A stretch of 64,000 bases of DNA from Mycoplasmatota bacterium (GTDB lineage: Bacteria > Bacillota_I > Bacilli_A > Haloplasmatales > Haloplasmataceae), in the NCBI GenBank assembly GCA_018394295.1, contig CP074573.1, forward strand, positions 2,651,684 through 2,715,683. The letters run 5' to 3'. Positions 40,645-51,386 of this stretch are shown piece by piece; the stretch's first letter is position 1; the number at the start of each line of letters is the position of its first letter. Both the position numbers and the translations under genes were made by a program. The notes under the pieces are model-generated. The model made no database searches. It was not told the origin of the DNA and worked only from the letters and a program-made list of their open reading frames with translations.

Positions 40645-41556
40645 TTATAATTGTACGACAAAGCCTTTCGTATACCCATCTATATCAGAATCAATAAAGA
40701 TTTTTCCGCCATGTTTCTCTACTATTTTTTTTGTTATGGCTAATCCCAATCCACTTCCGCCTTTGCTATTTCTTGATTCATCACCACATATAAAGGGATT
40801 AAAAATGTCTTCCTTCATCTCATCGCTAATATTTTCTCCATTATCTGCCACTATTATTTTAATCTCGTTATCTTCTTCTAAACGAACTTTCACTTTACTT
40901 CCAGATTTATTATGTCGATATGCATTTATAAGTAGATTTGAAATAGCTCTAGAAAACTGCACATGATCAAGATTTCTTTTGATAGTTCTTTCGGGTATTT
41001 CTATATTTATCTCGATATTCTTTTCTTCAAATTCATTATAATGAAGGGCTATTACTTCTTTAATAAGCCTTCCAACATCCTGGTCTTTTAGCTTCATTTC
41101 ATAATCTAGTCCATCAAGTTTAGTATATTGAAACATTAAATCTAATAATTCATTTACCTTTATAGACTTTCCATAAATTGAATTTAATAGTTCCTTTTTT
41201 TCTGTTTCATCGGTTACTTCATCATCGTATAATGCCTTCGAAAATCCCATTATAGTTGTAATAGGGGTCTTTAAATCATGAGTAATATTAGCAAACAACA
41301 TACTTCTTTCTTGGTTATATTTTGTATTTTCTTTTTCGATTTTCTTACTAACTAGGCGAACAAATATAACTACACCAAAAACAAAAATTAAGATACTTGC
41401 AATTAAATATAAAATTAAAGCTAGTTCCATTATTCGTTCATCTGTAATATCTACTGTGACAGTATCGAATACACTATCTATTATAGAGTTCAAAAATGCC
41501 ATAGTAACCGTAATTATAATAAATATTCTAATTAAGTATTTTTTTAATGTCTTCAT
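40645..41556 (-). CDS. sensor histidine kinase (small, 2 TM)
   Basis: H-box (NITHDLKTPIT), N and G boxes (DNGENISDE, GGSGLGL). Confidence 0.8.
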   Translation of the reverse strand: MKTLKKYLIRIFIIITVTMAFLNSIIDSVFDTVTVDITDERIMELALILYLIASILIFVFGVVIFVRLVSKKIEKENTKYNQERSMLFANITHDLKTPITTIMGFSKALYDDEVTDETEKKELLNSIYGKSIKVNELLDLMFQYTKLDGLDYEMKLKDQDVGRLIKEVIALHYNEFEEKNIEINIEIPERTIKRNLDHVQFSRAISNLLINAYRHNKSGSKVKVRLEEDNEIKIIVADNGENISDEMKEDIFNPFICGDESRNSKGGSGLGLAITKKIVEKHGGKIFIDSDIDGYTKGFVVQL

Positions 41557-41557
41557 A

Positions 41558-42232
41558 CTATTTCTCCAATCTATACCCTAAACCTCGAATTGTTTTAATT
41601 TCTTCTTCACCAACTTTATTTCTCAACTTACTGATACATACTCGTATGGTATTATCATCAACTACATATTCTTCTCCCCATCCAGAATCAAATATTTGCT
41701 CTTTAGTAAATACTCTTCCTGGTGACTCCATAAACAACTTTAACACTTTGTATTCAACAGAAGTCAAGTCTATTTTTTTATCATCTTTATATAATACGCA
41801 TTGACTTGTATCAAGAATTAAATCCCTAACTTTAATTTCTGTGATATTATCTGTTTTCAACTGATTTAGGTTATAGAAACGTCTTAAATTTGCCTTTACT
41901 CTTGCAGCCACTTCCATTGGATCAAAGGGTTTTGTTATATAGTCATCTGCACCGAGCTCTAAACCAAATATTTTATCAGCTGTTTCAACTTTTGCTGAAA
42001 TAATCATAATAGGAATATTATTTGATACTCTTATTTTTTTTATTAATTCAAATCCATTTAATTTAGGCATCATAATATCTACAATAGCTAAATCAATCTC
42101 ATTTTCTTCTAGTACACCTATAGCTGCTTCCCCATCATTAGCCTCATATATTTTGATATCATCTTTTTCAAGATATAACCGCAAAAGTTTTATTATATCA
42201 CTTTCATCATCTGCGATTAGAATTTTGTACAT
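41558..42232 (-). CDS. response regulator, OmpR/PhoB family
   Basis: Receiver domain (DDESDI..D..MPKLNG..K) and winged-helix trans_reg_C. Confidence 0.85.
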   Translation of the reverse strand: MYKILIADDESDIIKLLRLYLEKDDIKIYEANDGEAAIGVLEENEIDLAIVDIMMPKLNGFELIKKIRVSNNIPIMIISAKVETADKIFGLELGADDYITKPFDPMEVAARVKANLRRFYNLNQLKTDNITEIKVRDLILDTSQCVLYKDDKKIDLTSVEYKVLKLFMESPGRVFTKEQIFDSGWGEEYVVDDNTIRVCISKLRNKVGEEEIKTIRGLGYRLEK

Positions 42233-42258
42233 TATGTAACCTCCTTAAAATACTATTA

Positions 42259-44172
42259 CTATTTATAAATCCCACAGGCTACGATTATCACTACATACAA
42301 TACAGCAATTATATTTGCAAGAATATAACCTATCTTTCTTTTATCTTCCGTTTTTCTTTTTATCGCTGAAATTAAATTCCTGCATAGAGTAAACATTATC
42401 AATACTACTGCTATAATATTAACTATAAAATGAATTTTTAAATCATTATAACTAGGATACATTGATGATCTATAGAACAAAATGCCTGTATTCACAATTG
42501 AAACAAATCCAACTATATTCAATATTATCATTCTTTTAGCCTTAATGGAAAGATTATTTTTCCTTTTCAATCCATAAATTACTGAAATAATAAATGCAAA
42601 GATAAAATATATTAAACTGAAAACAAGAAAAGCCATTACTCCTAAACGACTTATAACTACTAAGTTACTTATAGGCTCATATTCTCCATATTCCTGATAC
42701 ATACTTTTTACTTGTCCGTTTATAACATCCAAATAAATTAACTCACTAGCTCCACCTTTATCTGTATATTGATAGACATACGGTCTTATTTGATAATAAA
42801 CATCCCCATCAATATCTATTGTGTTTTCATCAACTACTGTAACTTCATTTATAATTAAATTCATCCATTGTGAAAACCCACTGTGAGTTCTTCTCATACT
42901 CCAATAGTTTCCTTTTACAATACTTGAATCTGGAAGTTCACCATCAAAATTATCTGTTTTATATGAACCGAATATCTTGTCTTTAAGCCCAAAACATATA
43001 GCTCTTTCATGTGCTTGATTGCTCATTATAAGAACTGCCACTCCTTCTTCTGGTGCAAAGGTGATTTGAGCTGAAAATGAATCAGTATTACCACCATGTT
43101 CCAATGTACGAACAGAGTAATAATGCTCCCAAAAGCCATGAGAGATACCTGGAAAATCATCGGTTGGTACATAACTTTTTGAAAACAAGAAATCAAGCGT
43201 ATCTTCCTTTTTGAACAATGGTGATGTTTCCCCATCTTTTGGGATTAATGCACTGACAAATTTACACATATCAGATAATGTTCCAATCGCACCACCAGCA
43301 GGGTAAAGTCCTAAATAATAAATTGGTCTTTCTTTAAAACCGTTTGAATAACCCTTGGTTAACTGACGATTTTTTTGAATAAACAAGTTATCCTCTTGTA
43401 ATGGATGGATGGATGTTTTCTTCATATCAAGAACATCAAAAATATATTGATTTACATATTCATAAAAATCCATACCTGTAATACATTCAACAATATAAGC
43501 GGCTAAACCTGCACCATAATTAGAATAAGATACTACCTCACCTGGTTTATAAACCTGTTTTGGCTCAAAGATTTCTAATGTTTCTTTTAACGATTTCACA
43601 TTTTGTGGATTACTATTAAATAAATCAGTCAGATGTTCTTCCCAACCACCATTATGATTCATAAGATTTAACATAGTAATTGGCTGTTTAAACTGTGATT
43701 TTTTAAAAAAGTTTTCTGGTAAATATACTTTGATATCTTCGTTTAAATCTAATTTATCTTCCTCTACTAACTGCATAACGCTAACCCAAACAAATAATTT
43801 GGTTACTGATCCCCACTCAAATACTGTATTATCTGTAATAGGAATTTTGTTTTTAATATCGCTGTATCCATAGTTTGATTTAAATATGGTTTCATCATTT
43901 TGTAAAACTGCTACAGATGCTCCAGCAGTCGTATTACCTATATATTCATTTACATAGTTATCGATAACATCCTTTAACTCTGAGTAAGCAATACCTGAAG
44001 GTGTATAATTTGTTTCCTCTGCAGAAACTTTTAATGAAAGTGATGACATTAACAAAACAAATAACAATAAAGTAAACATGGTTCTAGATATAATTTTATG
44101 CATATAAATCTCTCCTTTATTTTTATACACATAGTATAAATGGGTAATATTTCTATAAAGTGAGAGAAACAT
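42259..44172 (-). CDS. beta-lactamase-family serine hydrolase with C-terminal polytopic membrane domain. Probable start MHKIISRT (~44103)
   Basis: Signal peptide, SVTK (S-x-x-K), YSNYG (YxN), HGG region. ~6 TM helices at the C-terminus. Immediately downstream of the HK/RR pair. Confidence 0.7.
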   Translation of the reverse strand: MFLSLYRNITHLYYVYKNKGEIYMHKIISRTMFTLLLFVLLMSSLSLKVSAEETNYTPSGIAYSELKDVIDNYVNEYIGNTTAGASVAVLQNDETIFKSNYGYSDIKNKIPITDNTVFEWGSVTKLFVWVSVMQLVEEDKLDLNEDIKVYLPENFFKKSQFKQPITMLNLMNHNGGWEEHLTDLFNSNPQNVKSLKETLEIFEPKQVYKPGEVVSYSNYGAGLAAYIVECITGMDFYEYVNQYIFDVLDMKKTSIHPLQEDNLFIQKNRQLTKGYSNGFKERPIYYLGLYPAGGAIGTLSDMCKFVSALIPKDGETSPLFKKEDTLDFLFSKSYVPTDDFPGISHGFWEHYYSVRTLEHGGNTDSFSAQITFAPEEGVAVLIMSNQAHERAICFGLKDKIFGSYKTDNFDGELPDSSIVKGNYWSMRRTHSGFSQWMNLIINEVTVVDENTIDIDGDVYYQIRPYVYQYTDKGGASELIYLDVINGQVKSMYQEYGEYEPISNLVVISRLGVMAFLVFSLIYFIFAFIISVIYGLKRKNNLSIKAKRMIILNIVGFVSIVNTGILFYRSSMYPSYNDLKIHFIVNIIAVVLIMFTLCRNLISAIKRKTEDKRKIGYILANIIAVLYVVIIVACGIYK

Positions 44173-44349
44173 TAATATAACATTAAATTATAACTAAAGA
44201 ACAGATACTTTATTTTCTTACATTTTACGATTAATCTAAAATTTATACAGATATGGAAATTTATGATATAATCAAATGAGATTTTGTACATCTTTTCTTT
44301 GAATTGTATCTTATATATAGAATTTACGAAGTAATGTCGTTAACTTTTA

Positions 44350-44886
44350 TTGTATTTAGATTATGAAAAAATAAGGGTGCATAGTAATACTTTGTATAAA
44401 AGGAGAAGAAAAACAATGAGTTATAAATTTGTTCCTATGAATAAAAAATATGCAAATGAGATTGCATACAATTGGAAATATAATGGGATTTTTTCATTCT
44501 ATGATATGACAGCTGATGAAGAAGATCTAGATGATTTTCTTAATGAAGAAAATTGGGATGGAATTTATTTTGGAGTGCTAAATGAAGAATGTGAGTTAAT
44601 TGGATTTTATTCATTTAATTTTGAAGACGACATTATGTGGTTGGGATTTGGTCTTAAACCAGAATTAACAGGAAGAAGTCTTGGATATGAGTTTGTAATT
44701 TCAGGTATCAATTTTGCAATAAAAAAGTTTAATTATAGAAAAAATTATGTTATGCTGGCAGTCGCCTTATTTAACAAAAGAGCAATCAGATTATATGAGA
44801 AAATTGGATTTCAACCTATAGAGAAATATATGCAAAAAACAAATGGGGGAGAATTTGAATTTATCAAAATGAAGAAATATTTATAA
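44350..44886 (+). CDS. GNAT-family N-acetyltransferase. Probable start at MSYKF (~44416)
   Basis: Acetyl-CoA binding motif region RSLGYEFV. RBS AAGGAGAAG precedes the internal ATG. Confidence 0.65.
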   Translation: MYLDYEKIRVHSNTLYKRRRKTMSYKFVPMNKKYANEIAYNWKYNGIFSFYDMTADEEDLDDFLNEENWDGIYFGVLNEECELIGFYSFNFEDDIMWLGFGLKPELTGRSLGYEFVISGINFAIKKFNYRKNYVMLAVALFNKRAIRLYEKIGFQPIEKYMQKTNGGEFEFIKMKKYL

Positions 44887-45159
44887 ATAATATTATTGGG
44901 ATACTATTTATCGTAGTTAAAGTATCAAAGTAAATAGATCAAATTTTTAAGAAGGTCATTTACTTTTTTTTAATTTTAACTTATCTTTTATAATTTCCAT
45001 TTTATTAAAATAATTTGAGCACACAATATAATTTAAGCCATTTATAATATATTTTTTCTATTAATCCTTTTTTTTGAAAGTATAATATGGTACCTGCAAA
45101 TAACATTAATGGATAACATTCTAACTTAATTTATACTGTTAAATTATATTATCATTCAA

Positions 45160-46074
45160 TTAAGCTTTCAGCAAAAAAGATTCTTGAATCATTGTTTCAT
45201 TTTTTCTTATCCATTTAAACATTTCAGCTGCATTTTGAGCAAGTTTGTAGTCTTTATTTTTTGTAAAATATGCTAAAAATAATATTTCAATACACTCCAT
45301 TACGCAACTAGCAGACTTTTTCTCATTGTCTGTTAAAGATATATTTCTCTCATATCCTATAATAAAGTTCTTTAATACTATAAACCATTTATTTATTTTT
45401 TCTTTATCATTAATACAATCAATAAGTAAACCAAGTACAAAGTAACATATGTCAAAGATACGTATGTTTTTTTGAGATAGATCAAAGTCTATATAACCTG
45501 AGACCTTTCCTTGTTCAAACAATAGATTTCCAAAATGTAAATCTCTATGAATAAGCTGTTTAGGTAATTCTGAATAGACCTCATCAAGTCTTCTAACAGT
45601 TACTAAAAACTCTTCTTTACTAACAAGTGAATAACCCTCAGAATCAAAAACATCTTTAATCCAACCGTTCATTTCTGTTAAGAGACTATTTTCCCAACAT
45701 TCTATTTTGTTTTGACATTCTAAAAAAGCAAGATGGAGCTTAGCTATAATATCCCCAGATTCTTGTGCAATATCAATGTAATTCATATCATATATATTTT
45801 TTGTATGTCTTCCACAAATTCGTTTGCTTAGGATAAAATATTTGTCTTCAACAATTACTAAATTATCTCCATGTATTGTTGGAACTATTTCTGCCACTGG
45901 TATTCCGATCTCATTAAGACATTTTATGATTGTCAGATTTCTCTTTGCACTCTCTAAATTTTTTCCTGATTTTATTATATAATCAGGACCTATTGACCAA
46001 GCACTTGTATATATTTGGTTCACAGAATCACTCTTTATATCCCAATTATGCAAAACATCAACTACCTTTATCAT
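45160..46074 (-). CDS. phosphotransferase enzyme family protein (APH/CotS/homoserine-kinase-II-like)
   Basis: Catalytic loop HRDLHFGNLLF and DFD motif (IDFDLSQ). Confidence 0.7.
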   Translation of the reverse strand: MIKVVDVLHNWDIKSDSVNQIYTSAWSIGPDYIIKSGKNLESAKRNLTIIKCLNEIGIPVAEIVPTIHGDNLVIVEDKYFILSKRICGRHTKNIYDMNYIDIAQESGDIIAKLHLAFLECQNKIECWENSLLTEMNGWIKDVFDSEGYSLVSKEEFLVTVRRLDEVYSELPKQLIHRDLHFGNLLFEQGKVSGYIDFDLSQKNIRIFDICYFVLGLLIDCINDKEKINKWFIVLKNFIIGYERNISLTDNEKKSASCVMECIEILFLAYFTKNKDYKLAQNAAEMFKWIRKNETMIQESFLLKA

Positions 46075-46483
46075 AATTTTCTCCTTTAAATATTAAAGTT
46101 TTTAACTAACCTCTTCCTATCTTCTGAACTATGTGTTTCCTATTAACATAATATTCTTGCTCATAAACCCTATTACCATTAAATGTTTTCTTGGTCCCTT
46201 GAATTCATTTGAATACCCAATAAATTCAATTCCATAACTAAAACCAACAATATGTTTTCTTTATTTTCGATATTAATGTTGACCACAATTACAAAAAATA
46301 AACTCTTTTACCAATGAGCTTTTCTTTTCACTATAGCCACAAATAAAATATACATGTAAAAATCCCTTAATATTTTTGGCTTAATGAAGAATTGATACCA
46401 CTAAAAGTAAATCTTAATACAGCTTCCCTCTATGTTTTAATAAGTTTCCCTAAAATCACTCAAAAAAAAGGCAACTGAAATTC

Positions 46484-46937
46484 TTAATGAAGAACAAAAA
46501 AAGGATATTTTAAGCTGTGGAAGAAGTTGGACTAGACTTCTTTATTTTAATGTATTAACATCAAATATAACTTATTTTATAAGTTGTAATGATTTAATAC
46601 TACAACTTAAAATAGCTCATTTGGATAAAAGGCTAAAAAAAATACTTAAATTCTTCGCAAATTATAAAGTTTTAATCATTGATGAAGTTGGATTTTTACC
46701 TTTAGACATAGAATCATCAAATTTATTTTTCAGTTAGTAGCAAAACGTTATAATATGACATCAACCATCATTACAACAAATAAACCACTTTCTAAATGGG
46801 GATAAATATTTAGTGATAACGTCCTAGTTAATGCGATATTAGATAGACTTCCCCATCATTGCAATATCATCAATATAGAATGTCGATCATACAGAACTAA
46901 AGATAAAATAGATAATATAGCACCTAATAATAAATGA
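46484..46937 (+). pseudogene. IS21-family istB remnant (C-terminal half, in-frame stop)
   Basis: Translates to ...VLIIDEVGFLPLDIESSNLFFQLVAKRYNMTSTIITTNKPLSKWG*...AILDRLPHHCNII, matching the IstB C-terminus. No istA or IRs remain. Confidence 0.6.
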
Positions 46938-47025
46938 TTATGATTTATATTTTGTATATCAAGGAATGCCGCATTTTATGCCTACATTTTATTCCTGTTA
47001 TATATTTATCTTCTTATTTTAATAA

Positions 47026-47805
47026 TTACTCTGATAAGAACCTTTCAACCATAACATTATTACGATTATAAACATATTCATCGTTTCCACAACCTTGTAA
47101 AACAATTTGATCATCAGTAAATCTATTAATGGTCCAATAAGTACCTTGGTTGGTTTGAATACATTTACCATTTTCACAAACATTTTTATTAAATTCAACA
47201 TCTTTTACTTTTTCACCTAAATCACAAATCCACCAACAATAAGCTTCTTTATTATCTTTATAATTTCTAATTCTAAAATATTGTCCTCCTCCAAACAATC
47301 CATTATCATAAGGTATATTTATAGATATTCCACAGTAAATATTATCTTTCTCTTTTGATATTGAAAATACATATTGAAGTTTATTTGTTTGCATATAAAA
47401 ATATAATGATTCACTATTTAAATTAAAACTAATACCTAAAGTCCATATTTTTAAACATCTTGCGATACCTACCTCACTTACCGAAGGAACTTTAGAATGA
47501 CTATCAATTAAATTAATAGAATCTTTTAATAATAAATCTACGTCTTTTTCATATGTAGACCAATCAAATTCTTCATTTAATATATTTACATATTTGTCAG
47601 TATTAGAAATAATTTCATTTTTATTATTTAAAAATGAGTATGATGAAATAACACTATCTTCTAATTTTCTTTCTACAATCGCTAATAATTTCCCTTCCCT
47701 ATATAATTTGGTCCCATAATAATCTTTTTTTCTATAGTGCAATAATATAAATTGTTCAGTTATTGTTAATTCTAAATCCCTTTTTGCATATACTCCAGTT
47801 TTCAT
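47026..47805 (-). CDS. hypothetical protein (259 aa) with C-terminal Cys-rich segment
   Basis: ORF only. CWWIC, CENGKC and GCG motifs near the C-terminus. Confidence 0.35.
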   Translation of the reverse strand: MKTGVYAKRDLELTITEQFILLHYRKKDYYGTKLYREGKLLAIVERKLEDSVISSYSFLNNKNEIISNTDKYVNILNEEFDWSTYEKDVDLLLKDSINLIDSHSKVPSVSEVGIARCLKIWTLGISFNLNSESLYFYMQTNKLQYVFSISKEKDNIYCGISINIPYDNGLFGGGQYFRIRNYKDNKEAYCWWICDLGEKVKDVEFNKNVCENGKCIQTNQGTYWTINRFTDDQIVLQGCGNDEYVYNRNNVMVERFLSE

Positions 47806-47845
47806 AAATTTTTCCTTTCTGATAATTCTTTAAATCAATCGCTTA

Positions 47846-48676
47846 TTATTTATTAAAATACTTTACATTTCCATCCCATATATTATAACAAAAACCATTA
47901 GGTCTGTTAACAATCATATCTACAAATGATAATAATCCAATAATAGCAGGGTTATTTCGCAATGAATAAGTATTTCGTATTTCATCATCTAGTTCTATTT
48001 CAGTAGTATCTAATAAATTTAAACTTCTTAAGTCTTCAATTATTTCTTTACTTCTTTCTAGTGATAACCCGAATTCTTTCATTAACAGACTTGAAGTAAA
48101 GTTTTTATTATCTCTTGTATTTAAAAAAATTAAAACATTATAAAAATCTTCTTTACTTAATAATTCAAAAGCCTTTAGTTGTTTTTGTTTTGTATTAAGT
48201 AAGAAATTAAAAGCTGTTTCAGGCTTAGGTGCAATAAAGAAAAAAGAACCATCCTCAGCTAATCTCATCATAGTGACTCCCTCTTTTTGAACTATTTGAG
48301 AATGATTTAAATCTTTTCTAGCTATAGTTTCATCTAAAGTACATTTATTGACATCATGGTTACCAAAAAATGATTTTTCCATGTTCCAACACATATTCAA
48401 TACCTCTTGATATTTATCCTTTTTACTAGGGATAGCAGCAATATATTTTGCTATTAGTTGTTCACAATTATCAAATTCATGTGAAGGCAATCCGAATAAA
48501 AAATCTGTTGATACATTAAAATAATTTGCTATAGACGGTAAAAGTTCAATATCAGGTAATCCTCCATTTTCCCATTTACTCACTGCTTGTGTAGAAACAC
48601 CAACAGCTTTGGCTAATTCCTCTTGAGTTATTCTTTTTTTAGTTCTTAACTCTTTAATCTTCAATCCAATATTCAT
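47846..48676 (-). CDS. XRE-family HTH transcriptional regulator with ~210-aa C-terminal domain (RNPP/Rgg-like architecture possible)
   Basis: N-terminal HTH_XRE (IKELRTKKRITQEELAKAVGVSTQAVSKWENG). Confidence 0.7.
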   Translation of the reverse strand: MNIGLKIKELRTKKRITQEELAKAVGVSTQAVSKWENGGLPDIELLPSIANYFNVSTDFLFGLPSHEFDNCEQLIAKYIAAIPSKKDKYQEVLNMCWNMEKSFFGNHDVNKCTLDETIARKDLNHSQIVQKEGVTMMRLAEDGSFFFIAPKPETAFNFLLNTKQKQLKAFELLSKEDFYNVLIFLNTRDNKNFTSSLLMKEFGLSLERSKEIIEDLRSLNLLDTTEIELDDEIRNTYSLRNNPAIIGLLSFVDMIVNRPNGFCYNIWDGNVKYFNK

Positions 48677-49031
48677 AATTCATTTCCTCCTAATCAAAAT
48701 AATTCATATGACAATTATAACACAATTAATACTTGATAAAAATGGAGGTGTATTTGAGGAAATTAAACCATTAGTTGATAAAAATACAATCAAAATTATA
48801 TATTGTATATCATTAAGTTAAATTATCACCAATTTAATATAGATATTCTAAAATTTAATCAAAAGAATATCAACTACACTTAGAAGTTAAATATATAAAC
48901 TAGTGAATTCGATATTACATATATTTTTACTCTACACACTAGACAACATTGGCTACAAAAACATTCTTTATTAACTTCTACACGTTTCCCAAAACCATCA
49001 AATATTAAATAGAGTTTTCAACTGTGTAAAT

Positions 49032-49895
49032 TCATTTATTTTTTCTTCTTTCTAAAGCATGTTTAGAGAATTCTTGATTTAACAATTTTTCATCATCATA
49101 TCTTAACATTTTTTTAAATATATTACTTAAAAATATTGAAGCAATTATTTGTAAAATAGCCATTACTATAAATATAATTACATTAGTTAATTCGGTTTTC
49201 CCCAAAAAATAAAGTAATGAGAAAGTTCCTATTAGAATAATTGATAACATTAAAGCCAACACTGGAAAAAGTATGGTATTTCTTTTCAATAATTTTCTAA
49301 TATATAAACAAGAGTCATCTTTTATTTGATTATTATTAACATATTCAATACCATCTAATAGATGTTTATTATTGATAGATTCTTCTAATAAATAATGTCC
49401 TTTATCTTCAATAGAGCAACCTATGTTCTTTAAACCCTCACCCCAGTTTTTTCTACGTTCTTTAAATTTGATTTGTGATGTCATAGACTCAAGTAAGATA
49501 TATGAACAAATTTTTGAACAATTACTATCTAAAAAGGTTAATTTAAATCCTCTATTCCTTGCCGTTGTATAATTAACTTGTATTGTCATTAATTTAGTAT
49601 TTAATTTATAAATTTTTTCCTTTCTAAAAATTGAATAAATGGAAATATGATCTGAAAATATTTGTAACTCACGATTTTTAAAAGATAAAAGTAGAAAAAA
49701 CATACTAATAGCAAATACAAAAGGCATTATGGAACTAATAATTTCAACATTATCCTTTTTAATTAATCCTTCTATAATCATTAATATACCTGTAATAATA
49801 AGTCCAATAAAAACAAATATAAATACCCAATACCCAACTTTTATAGTTTTATCAGTTTTATATGGATAGTATTCAAAAAGCACATTATCATCCAT
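49032..49895 (-). CDS. membrane protein, hypothetical (287 aa, 4 TM + middle soluble segment)
   Basis: ORF with clear TM helices. Confidence 0.4.
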   Translation of the reverse strand: MDDNVLFEYYPYKTDKTIKVGYWVFIFVFIGLIITGILMIIEGLIKKDNVEIISSIMPFVFAISMFFLLLSFKNRELQIFSDHISIYSIFRKEKIYKLNTKLMTIQVNYTTARNRGFKLTFLDSNCSKICSYILLESMTSQIKFKERRKNWGEGLKNIGCSIEDKGHYLLEESINNKHLLDGIEYVNNNQIKDDSCLYIRKLLKRNTILFPVLALMLSIILIGTFSLLYFLGKTELTNVIIFIVMAILQIIASIFLSNIFKKMLRYDDEKLLNQEFSKHALERRKNK

Positions 49896-49926
49896 GTTTT
49901 TATCTCCTCCTCTAGTTAGTTTTATT

Positions 49927-49963
49927 ATATCAAAAAAGGCACTGTAAAACAGTACCTTTTATC
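49927..49963. repeat. dispersed 35-bp palindromic repeat, copy 5
   Basis: TATCAAAAAAGGCACTGTAAAACAGTACCTTTTA, ~30 nt upstream of the 49895 start. Confidence 0.55.
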
Positions 49964-50212
49964 ATTTATATCTTTATTTCCCTTCATAAACCACAGACAC
50001 TACAACCTCTACATGCCTTGTTTTGGGTGTAGGTACACGCTAGTTGTTACTCGTTTGTTGATCTTTCAATATACTCTAATTCTAAATCTAAATAATAGGC
50101 AAAATACACGAACAACTGAGTTGCATTTTGTTTATGCTATCCTAATTCTGAGCTATCTTCAATAATTTTTAAATACTGGTTATTCATTATAACCGTTCTC
50201 CTTCTGGTACAT

Positions 50213-51274
50213 TTATAATTGATTAACTACATTAAGAAGCATAAATCGAACACCTTTACTTTTATATGAAAAATCATTAAAGCATCCAATGATATATGTA
50301 TCTTTTTCCTGGTGATAAAACATAAACGCACCTGTTGCCCCTGCAGCCCCCCAGGAATTGAATTTTTTAGGCATCAACAAAGGCACGGTTGTAAACTTCC
50401 AAATTCCGTATCCATAATCAATTCCTAGTCCAAATCTAGCACAATTATTCTTCATTTCTTCAAGGGTATTTTTTGTCACTATTTGATAGTTCACCAAAGC
50501 TTTCATGAATTTGAGTAAGTCTTCATAAGTAGCCACTACTCCTCCACCGGTATAGTCAAGACCGGCATACCCTTTAATATCATTTAATCTGGTTTCACGT
50601 ATAAAAAAATCGGCAGTAGGAAACTGGGATTTTTCCATTGGCTCTGAATAGTGATTCATATATGAGTGCCTCATATCAAGAGGTTCAAAAATATAATTTT
50701 TTAATGTAGCATGAAATGGTTCACCGGTGATACTTTCGATTATCAAACCTAGTAATTGATAATTTGTATCTGTATATTTGAATCCTTTACCCGGAGGAAA
50801 ATGAGGTCTTGTATTATTTTTTACCCAGACAACTGCTTCTCTGGGCGTTATATTTAGATTCTGATCCTTAATAAGTTCATCTAAGAGAGTCCAAAAATTA
50901 TCAGCTAAACCCGATGTTTGATTTAGCAGATGTTTGATCCTGATTTCATCAGTATAGTCCTTCCCCTTGTATAAATGTAGGTTATTCAATAACTCATGAT
51001 CTAAGTATTTAGTGATTTTATCATCAAAAGACAACTTTTTCTTTTCTACTAATATGCCGATAATTGCTGAAGTAAACAATTTACCCACACTAGCCATATA
51101 GATTGGCTGCTGCGGGTTGGCAGGCATATTACCCGTTGACCCTTCTGCAATATTTATGTGAATGCCTTCTTTTTCCGAATGAACTAATAAATAAGCGTTC
51201 TTTATTTTACTATCTTTTTGCACTTGTTTTCTAAACGTGTTTTCTATTGATTTTTGTAAATTGTTTGTTTTCAT
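50213..51274 (-). CDS. beta-lactamase-family serine hydrolase (class C-like / PBP4*-like), cytoplasmic or secreted
   Basis: SVGK (S-x-x-K: MASVGKLF), YTDTNY (YxN), HLLNQTSGL. Confidence 0.75.
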   Translation of the reverse strand: MKTNNLQKSIENTFRKQVQKDSKIKNAYLLVHSEKEGIHINIAEGSTGNMPANPQQPIYMASVGKLFTSAIIGILVEKKKLSFDDKITKYLDHELLNNLHLYKGKDYTDEIRIKHLLNQTSGLADNFWTLLDELIKDQNLNITPREAVVWVKNNTRPHFPPGKGFKYTDTNYQLLGLIIESITGEPFHATLKNYIFEPLDMRHSYMNHYSEPMEKSQFPTADFFIRETRLNDIKGYAGLDYTGGGVVATYEDLLKFMKALVNYQIVTKNTLEEMKNNCARFGLGIDYGYGIWKFTTVPLLMPKKFNSWGAAGATGAFMFYHQEKDTYIIGCFNDFSYKSKGVRFMLLNVVNQL

Positions 51275-51386
51275 TCTTTTATCTCCTCTCTACATAGAAA
51301 ATTCTTGTTTTACTACTAGACATAACTTTATAAGATGCATTATGTCAAAATCTGCTTAACTGAGATTCTAAACCACATTTTTTGCT

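Noticed and set aside
48735-48770. Short peptide ORF (MEVYLRKLNH) as a possible RNPP signalling peptide upstream of the XRE regulator
   Set aside because: Only 10 aa, not hydrophobic and not secretion-like. Its ATG overlaps a GGAGG that more likely serves another start. No support.
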